Below the pieces are notes generated by a model that saw nothing but the letters and a program-made list of their open reading frames with translations, was not told the DNA's origin and searched no databases. A DNA stretch of 64,000 bases from Pristiophorus japonicus (taxonomy: Eukaryota). The stretch spans positions 19,592,001-19,656,000 of the forward strand of contig NC_092001.1 of the NCBI RefSeq assembly GCF_044704955.1, given 5' to 3'. Position 1 is the stretch's first letter; each line of letters begins with the position of its first letter. Below are positions 55,981-64,000 of this stretch, piece after piece. The position numbers were made by a program, and so were the translations under genes.

Positions 55981-56800
55981 ATTGTAAAACATAAAACCAA
56001 GTGGAGTAATAGATAAAATTAAATGTAGACTAACATACCAGAAACTTAGAGGCACAGCTTAAAACCCCACACACATAGCAAAACCTATCCATTACAGAAT
56101 AATACACACAATCGCATAATCAGAGACATAGAGATACAGTATAAAACCCACACTCACATTTCAGAACCGGACCATTTAAAATCCATATTCCCAAAACATA
56201 AAGTTACATACAGTGAAATGCCCATACTCACTTACCAGTAATTGACAGGTATGGGTAAAGGTCTCTCTTCTGTACCAGAAACTGGCAGGTACAAAGGAAA
56301 TCCCGCTCTCAATTAAGCAGAAACTGACAGATATAGAGTAAGGCCCACAATCACATATCAGAACTTGACAGATACAAAATAAAACCCAGACTCCCATAAC
56401 TGAAATGAAGACATATAGAGATAGTCCCACACTCAAATACTAGAGATAGATAGATAGACAGCAAAACTCAGACTCATTTTACCAGAGACCGACAGATGCA
56501 CACTCCTCCAAAACAAAAATTGACAGTTCGAAATTAAAATCAATACTCTATAAGGAATTGGTGTTACACATTAAAACAACACGAACATACTGGAGAATGA
56601 CGGGCATGGAGTAGAGGTTGCATTAACATAACAGTAATGGACAAGTACAGAGTCAAATCCACAATCCAATCCCAGACACCCACAAGATTAATTCCGTATT
56701 TACCTGTCAATGGATCAGAGGGTGAAAGTGTCAGTATCTATCCTATAATCGCTGATCATTCCTACACTGACACAGCACCGGAGATTGAAAGTCGCAGTGT
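55981..56800. repeat. Degenerate satellite edge / transition zone
   Basis: Decayed monomers, e.g. TACCAGAAACTGGCAGGTACA and CCCACAATCACATATCAGAAC. Confidence 0.75.
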
Positions 56801-58552
56801 CCACCCTACACTCACCTGACAATCAGAATCTCACATATTGTCAGAGAATGACAGAGGCAGTATCTATCCAAACTCACCTGTCACATCGTGTCAGAGAATG
56901 ACAGAGGCAGTATCTATCCTACACTCACATGTCACATAGTGTCAGAGAATGACAGAGGCAGTATCTAGCCAACACTCACCTGTCACATATTGTAAGAGAA
57001 TGAGCGAGGCTGTATCTATCCCACACTCACCTGACAAACAGTGTCAGAGAAACACAGAGGCAGTATTTATCCAACACTCACCTGACACATAGTGACAGAG
57101 AATGACAGAGGCAGTATCTATCCAACACTCACCTGGCACATCATGTCTGAGAATGAGAGAGGCAGTATCTATCCAACACTCACCTGTCACATAGTGTCAG
57201 AGAATGAGAGAGACAGTATCTATCCAACACTCACCTGTCACATAGTATCAGAGAATGAGAGGCAGTATCTATCCTACACTCAACTGTCACATAATGTCAG
57301 AGAATGAGAGAGGAAGTATCTATCCAACACTCATCTGTCACATAGTTTCAGAGAATGAGAGAGGCAGTATCTATCCAACACTCACCTGTCACATAATGTC
57401 AGAGAATGAGAGAGGCAGTATCTATCCAACACTCACCTGTCACATAGTGTCAGAGAATGAGAGAGGCAGTATCTATCCTACACTCACCTGTCACATAGTG
57501 TCAGAGAATGAGAGAGGCAGTATCTATCCAACACTCACCTGTCACATTGTATCAGAGAATTGCAGAGGCAGTACGTATCCAACACTCATCTGTCACATAG
57601 TGTCAGAGAATGAGAGAGGCAGTATCTATCCTACACTCACCTCTCACATTGTGGCAGAAAATGACAGTGGCAATATCTATCCAGCACTCACCTGTGACAT
57701 ATTATCAGAGATTCAAAGAGGCAGTATCTATCCTACACTCACATGTCACATCGTTTCCGACAATGACAGAGGCAGTATCTAACCAACACTCACCTGGCAT
57801 ATAGTATCAGAGAAGGAGATAGTCAGTACCTGTCCTACACTCACCTGTCACATAGCATCTGAGAATGAGAGAGGCAGTACATATCCGACACTCACATGTC
57901 ACATAATGTCAGAGAATGACAGAGACAGTAACTATCCAACACTCACCTGTCACAAAATATCAGAAAATGACAGAGGCAGTATCTATCCAAAACGCACCTG
58001 TCACACAGTGTCAGAGAATGGCAGAGGCAGTATCTATCCAACACTTACCTGTCACATAGTATCAGAGAATAACAGAGGCAGTATCTGTTCAAAACTCACC
58101 TGTCACATTGTGTTAGAGAAGGTGAGAGCCAGTATCTATCCAACACTCATCTGTCACATCGTGTCAGAGAATGGCAGAGGCAGTACCTATCCAACACTTA
58201 CCTGTCACAAAGTGGCAGAGAATGACAGAGGCAGTATCTGTCCAACACACAACTGTCACATAATCACAGAGAATGACAAGAGGCAGTATCTATCCATAAC
58301 TCACCTGTCACATAGTGTCATAGAATGAGAGAGGCAGTATCTAGCCAACACTCACCTGTCACTTCGTGTCAGAGATTGAGAGAGGCAGTATCTATCCATC
58401 AGTCACCTGTCACACAGTATCAGCGAATGAGAGAGGCAGTATCTATCCAACACACACCTCTCCCATAGTGTCAGAGAATGAGAGGCATTATCTATCCAAA
58501 ACTCACCTGTCACATAGTGTCAGGGAATGACAGTGGCAGTATCTATTCAACT
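56801..58552. repeat. 51-bp satellite, ~34 units (ACACTCACCTGTCACATAGTGTCAGAGAATGAGAGAGGCAGTATCTATCCA)
   Basis: 17-aa periodicity (LTCHIVSENERGSIYPT) in ORF 57255..57782. Confidence 0.95.
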
Positions 58553-59903
58553 TATATTATTAAGGACACAGTAGCGAGATATTTGGAGTAGCACAATTCA
58601 ATCAAATGGAGTCAGCATGGTTTTTTGAAAATGAAATTATGTTAAACAAATTTGCTGGAGTTGTTTGAGGATCGACTGAGCAGGGTAGATAATGTGGAAC
58701 AAGTGGATGTGGTCTATTTGGATTATTTCCAGAAGGCATTTGACAAGGTGCCCATAAAAGATTACTGCACAAGATAAAAGTTCACGGGGTTGGGGATAAT
58801 ATATAGCACGGATAGAGGATTGGCTACCTAACAGAAAACAGATAGTCGGGATAAATGGGTCATTTTCAGGTTGGCAATCAGTGACTAATGGAGTACCGCA
58901 GAGATCGGTGTTAGATCGTCAACTATTTGCAATCTATATGAATGACTTGGATGAAGGGGCTGAGTGTAATGTAGCCAAGTTTGCTGTTGATACAAAGATG
59001 GGTGGGAAAGCAAAATGGGTGGGACACAAATGATCTGCAAAGGCATAAAGGCATGCTTAGTGAGTGGGCAAACTTTTGGCAGATGGAGTATAATGTGGGA
59101 AAATGTGAGGTTTTCCACTTTGGCAGAAGTAATAGAAAGCAAGTCATAATTTAAAGGGAGAAAAATTGCAAAGTGCTGCATTACAGAATGATCTGGGCTT
59201 CCTTGTGCATGAAACGCAAATAGTTATATGCTGGTACAGCAAATAATCAGGAAAGCAAATGGAATGTTGGCCTTTATTGCAAGGGTAATAGAATATAAAA
59301 GCAGGGAAGTCCTGCTACAACCTTACAGGGTATTGATGAGGGCATACCTGGAGTACTGCATCCAGTATTGGTATCCGTAATTGAGGAAGGATTTACTTGC
59401 ATTAGAGGCTGTTGAGAGAAGGTCCACCAGATTGATTCCGGAGATGAGTTGGTTAAATTATGAGGATAGGTTGAGTACATTGGGCCTATACACAATGGAG
59501 AAGAATGAGAGGTGATCTTTTTGAAACTTATAAGGTAATGAGGTGACTCGATAATGTGGATGCAGTGAGGATATTTCCAATCATAGGAGAAACTAAAACG
59601 AGCGGACATTATCTTAGAATAAGGGCCGCCCATTAAAAACTGAGATGGGGAGACATTTCTTCTCTCAGAAGGTTGTAAATCTGTGGAATTCTCTGCTCCA
59701 GAGTGCTGTGGAGGCTGAGTCATTCAATTAATTTAAAGGCAGAGAGGGACTGATTTTTGTGCGGTAACGGAGTAAAGAGTTATGGGGAGCAGGCAGGGAA
59801 GTGGAGCTGAGCCCATGATGAGATCAGCCATGATCTTATTGAATGTCGGAGCAGGCCTGAGGGATAAAACGGCCGACTACTGCCCTATTTCTTATCTTAT
59901 GTT
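58553..59903 (+). mobile_element. 5'-truncated CR1 LINE (RT and 3' tail), degenerate
   Basis: CAGCATGGTTTT, TTCCAGAAGGCATTTGACAAGGTGCC, AAGTTTGCTGTTGATACAAAG, GCAAATGGAATGTTGGCCTTTATTGC; tail TTTCTTATCTTATGTT. Confidence 0.92.
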
Positions 59904-60392
59904 AACTGAACCCAGCCAGAATAAGCACCCTCTGGGATTGAGCGAGAGGGAGGGAAGTCAGTGAATGTAGAACTGAACCCAGCCAGAGTCAGTACCTTCA
60001 GGGTAGGGGAACCAGTCAGAGTAGAACTGAACCCAGCCAGAGTCAGCATCTTAAGGGGAGGGGAACCAGTGCGTGTAGAACTGAACCCAGCCAGAGTCAG
60101 CACCTTTTAGGGGAGGGGAACCAGTAAGTGTAGAACTGAACCCAGCCAGAATCCGTAACTTCAGGGGAGGTGAACCAGTGAGTGTAGAACTGAACCCAGC
60201 CAGATTCAGCACATTCAGGGGACGGGAACCAGTGAGTGTAGAACTGAACCCAGCCAGATTCAATACCTTCAGGGAAGGGAGAGGGAGGGGATCCAATGAA
60301 TGGGCTCAGTGAGTGTAGAACAGATCCCAGCCAGTGTCAGTACATTCAGGGAAGGAGAACCAGTGAGTGTAGAACTGAACCCAGCCAGAGTT
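59904..60392. repeat. 54-bp minisatellite, ~9 units (GTAGAACTGAACCCAGCCAGAGTCAGCACCTTCAGGGGAGGGGAACCAGTGAGT)
   Basis: GTAGAAC at 59967, 60021, 60075, 60130, 60184, 60238, 60315, 60368. Confidence 0.92.
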
Positions 60393-60587
60393 GGTGATGA
60401 TATTTGGGAGCGGAGCACGGGAGACGTGTTTGAATTTCAGGACAAGTACGGGGAAGAGTGTATTGGATGTGGATGTACAGGTTTGGATGAACAAGAGAGG
60501 AAAGAATGTTCCATACAATCTAAATTTGTCGATTGTGTATTAATGTCCTTTACTTGCAGTAATGATGTATGTAAACTTCTTTTCCAG

Positions 60588-61373
60588 GTTGTTCGATTGG
60601 GCAGGATTTGCAGACGGGAAACTCGAACCAAACATCATGTCAAGATCTGTCAGAATCACTCGATTCATCAGGACATGAATATCATCGGTCTTTGCATGTG
60701 GAAGGAGAAATGTTTGTTTGTTCTGTCTGTGGAAACAGATTTCAAATATCAATGTGACTTGAAAAGCACCGAGACACATGTACCCGAGTGAGTGTTCCTG
60801 TGTACTGACTGTGGAAAAAGTTTTAACCAGTTGCACAGCCTGAAAAAGCATCGCAGCATTGACAACGGGGAGAAACCGTACACGTGTTGCGTGTGTGGTG
60901 GAGGCTTCAACTGAATATACCACCTGGAGAGACACAAGGACGCAAACACCATGGGTAAACCATGGAAATGTGGGGACTGTGGGAAGGGATTCAATTACCC
61001 ATCTGAGCTGGAAATTCATCGTCGCAGTCACACTGGGGAGAGGCCGTTCACCTGCTCTCAGTGTGGGAAGGGATTCACTCAGTCATCCACTCTGCTGACA
61101 CACCAGCGAGTTCACACTGGGGAGAGGCCATTCACCTGCTCTCAGTGTGGGAAGGGATTCACTCAGTCATCCACCCTGCTGACACACCAGCGAGTTCACA
61201 CTGGAGAGAGGCCATTCACCTGCACTGAGTGTAGGAAGGGATTCACTTGATCATCAACCCTGCTGGAACACCAGCAAGTTCACACTGGAGAGAGGCCATT
61301 CAACTGCTCTACGTGTGGGAAGGGATTCAATTGGTCATCCACCTTGCTGACATACCAGCGAGTTCACAAGTGA
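60588..61373 (+). pseudogene. C2H2 (Krueppel-type) zinc-finger terminal exon, disrupted: ~3 degenerate fingers, 3 intact fingers, finger with in-frame stop, finger with His>Tyr
   Basis: Acceptor CTTCTTTTCCAG ends 60587; relic CSVCG, CTDCG and CCVCG fingers with stops/frameshifts; TGERPF linkers; TGA 61248-61250 mid-finger; frame continues to TGA 61371-61373. Confidence 0.75.
60951..61250 (+). CDS. Residual ORF, 99-aa C2H2 zinc-finger protein (3 complete fingers)
   Basis: ACCATGG Kozak context; [61 protein letters not shown]... Confidence 0.6.
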   Translation: MGKPWKCGDCGKGFNYPSELEIHRRSHTGERPFTCSQCGKGFTQSSTLLTHQRVHTGERPFTCSQCGKGFTQSSTLLTHQRVHTGERPFTCTECRKGFT

Positions 61374-61525
61374 CTGCAGGATTTGGATTCTGCTGTTGTC
61401 CATGACTGAATCGTGTCCATTCTTACAGTTGAGCTTTCGTTCTGCTGATATTGATTCCCCCTCTAACTGTGCTGGGGTTTAATATTCTGGATATTTGATC
61501 AATTAATCAACGGGAAAATGCTCAG

Positions 61526-61531
61526 AATAAA
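61526..61531 (+). terminator. Poly(A) signal of the ZNF unit
   Basis: AATAAA ~150 nt after the ancestral stop. Confidence 0.55.
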
Positions 61532-61577
61532 AAATAATGCTGATTGTGTTTGCATCCATTACTTCACCCTTTAAAAA

Positions 61578-63310
61578 AACTTAAGACATCGGAGCAGGTG
61601 TAGGCCATTGGCCCCGCGAACCTGCTCTGCTATTTAATAAGATCATGGCTGATCTGATCTTGGACACAGCTCCACTTTCCTGCCCGATCACCATAACACT
61701 TCATTCCGTTATCGCTCAAAAAGCTGACCAACTCCACCTTAAATATATTCAATGACCAACCTCCACACCTCTCTGGGGAAGAAAATTCCAGATTTACGAC
61801 CATCTGAGAGAAGAAATTTCTCCTCATCTCAGTTCAAAATCCCATATTCTTAAACTATGCCCCCTAGTTCTAGATTCCCCCATGAGTGGAAATATCCTCT
61901 CCGCATCCACCTTGTCGAGTCCCCTCAGTTACATATGTTACAATTAAATCACCTCTCATTCTTCTAAACTCCAATGAGTATAGGACCAGCCTGCACAATC
62001 TATCCCCATATATCAACCTCTTCATCTCAGGAATCAAACTAGTAAAGCTTCTCTGAACTGTCTCCAATGCAAGTATATCCCTCCTGAAATAAGGAGATCC
62101 AAAATGTACGCAGTACTCTAATTGGAGTCTCACAAATACCCTGTACAGTTGTAGTAGGACTTCCCTGCTTTTATACACGATGGCCCTTGCAATAAAGGCC
62201 AACATTTATATTGGCTTCGTAATTGCTTGCTGTATCTGCACACTAACTTTTTGTGTTTCACATACAAGGACAACAAGGTCACTCTGTACTGCTGCATTTT
62301 TTAATACCTCTCCATTTAAATAATAAATTGTATTTTTATTTTTCCTGCCAAAGTGGATAACCTCGCACTTTCCCACATTACACTGAATCTGCCAAATATT
62401 AACCCACTCACTTAGCCTGTCTACATCTATTTGCAGATTGTTTGTGTCCTCCTCCAATTTGTTTTCCCATCCATCTTTGTATCATCAGCAAACTTGGCTA
62501 CGTTACATTCTGTCCCTTCATCCAAGTCATTAATATAGATTGTAAATAGTCGAGGCCGATCCCTGTGACCCCGCACTAGTCAACGTTTGCCAAGCGGCAA
62601 ATGACCCATCTATCTGTCTTCTGTTAGTTCGCCCACCCTCTATCCATGCTAATATTTTACCCCCAATCCTGTGAAACTTTATCTTGTGCAACATCGTTTT
62701 ATTTGGCACCTTATCGAAAGCCTTTTGCAAATCCAAATACACATTATCAACTGATTTAGCCATATCCACCCTGCTCGTTACATTCTCATAGTACTCCAGC
62801 AAATTCGTCAAACATGATATCCCTTTCATAAAACCATGCTGACTCTGCCTGACTGTATTATCTTTTTCCAAATGTCCTGCTGCTTTTTCCTTAATAGAGG
62901 ACTCCAGCTTTTTCCCACCAACAGAAGCTGGGCTAACTAATCTATAGTTTCTTGATTCATGTCTCTCTCCCTTTTTAAATAGGAGTATTACATTTGTGTT
63001 CTTCCAGAACGCTGGGACCTCTCTGTAATCCAGCGAGTTTTGGGAGATTTCAACCAATGCATCCATTATCTCTGCAGCCACTTCTTTTAAGACCCTTGGA
63101 TGCAGGCTATCAGGTCCAGGGGACTTCTCCACCTTTGGTCCAGGGGACGTGTCTACCTTTAGTCCTATTATTTTACCGAGTACTTTTTCTTTAGTGTCTG
63201 TGATTGTTTTAAGATCCCCTTCCATATAACCCCTTGGTTATCTATTGTTGGGATGTATTTACTATCTTCTACATTTAAGATCGATACAAAATATCAGAAA
63301 GGCTTTTCAA
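61578..63310 (-). mobile_element. 5'-truncated CR1 LINE (ORF2), degenerate
   Basis: KSPGPDSLHPRVLKE, NYRLVS, QHGFMKGISCLTNLLE, YLDLQKAFDKVP, LEYCVHFGSPY; CR1 3' UTR at 61580-61690. Confidence 0.93.
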
Positions 63311-63509
63311 ACACTGAAAGCTGCAACAAATGAAGCTGATGTTTGTGAAGCAATTGACAATAAAATTAATTGAATCTGCAGGTTGGTTTTGGATTTCTCT
63401 GGCATGGAGACAGACATGATGTGCCTTGAAACACCGCCGATGTCCAGTAGCTAACGCTGATCCGCCAATTAATTCAGACTGGACCGTGACTGTCCCCTGG
63501 AGCAGGAGG

Positions 63510-64000
63510 AATGAGGGCAGATCAGGGTCAGACACTGAACATCCTGCACCCCACAAGGTCATCACACGCTGCCCCCTCCCAGGGGCAGCTCAGGGTCATA
63601 AACTGCACGCTACAGGGACATCACACATTGCCCCCTCCCTGGAGCAGCTCAGGGTCAGACATTGAACTTACTGCACCCCACAGGGACATCGCACACTGCC
63701 CCCCTCCCTGGGTCAGCTCAGGTTCAGACACTGTACCCCTCATGGACAGCACACACTGTCACCTCCCTGGGGCAGATCTGGTTCAGACACTGAACAAACA
63801 GCACCCCGCAGGAACATCACACACTGCCCCCCCTCCCTGGGTCAGCTCAGGATCAGACATTGAACTTACTGCACCCCACAGGGACATCGCACACTGCCCC
63901 CCTGCCTGGGGCAGCTCAGTGTCAGACACTGAACAAACTGCAATCCACAGGGATATCACACACTGTCCCCTCCCTGGGACAGCTCAGGGTCAGACACTGA
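63510..64000. repeat. ~68 bp tandem repeat (CAGCTCAGGGTCAGACACTGAACTTACTGCACCCCACAGGGACATCACACACTGCCCCCTCCCTGGGG), runs off the window
   Basis: CAGGGTCA-like core at 63523, 63591, 63650, 63719 and onward. Confidence 0.9.

Noticed and set aside
58004-58045. RSS heptamer CACAGTG (also near 3444 and 23793)
   Set aside because: No ACAAAAACC-like nonamer at 12/23 spacing and no V/D/J segment adjacent
23880-58552. CRISPR-like array or repeat-protein ORFs in the satellites, including the 17-aa Cys/His repeat at 57255..57782
   Set aside because: No unique spacers and a eukaryotic context; the ORFs result from stop-poor monomers (51 bp is a multiple of 3) and are broken by random stops and frameshifts
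63111-63165. Short tandem duplication inside CR1 ORF2 (SPGPK/SPGPD)
   Set aside because: Ordinary slippage in a dead element
63510-64000. Class-switch (S) region, because of repeated CAGCT/GGG motifs
   Set aside because: Low AGCT density, ~58 kb downstream of the C exons and beyond a ZNF unit; sharks lack canonical S regions

Overview
Eukaryotic genomic DNA from a cartilaginous fish (shark-type Ig gene, CR1, RTE and C2H2-ZNF sequences). Bases 842-5185 (+) hold the intact 3' end of an immunoglobulin heavy-chain gene, most likely IgNAR (long IgW not excluded): penultimate C exon, last C exon with secretory tailpiece, TM1 and TM2, with separate poly(A) signals. A transposon-rich block follows (6-23 kb): a decayed Gypsy LTR element, telomere-like tracts, a minimal type I hammerhead ribozyme of Penelope-like-element style at ~13084-13123, RTE 3' fragments (two forming an inverted repeat) and CR1 LINEs, one near full length with an esterase ORF1. 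A ~32 kb 40/41-bp satellite with nested higher-order periods comes next and grades into a related 51-bp satellite. The window ends with more CR1, minisatellites and a truncated C2H2 zinc-finger gene whose putative first exon may lie on the far side of the satellite. Coordinates and mismatch counts were made by eye; repeat boundaries are approximate; no database searches were run.
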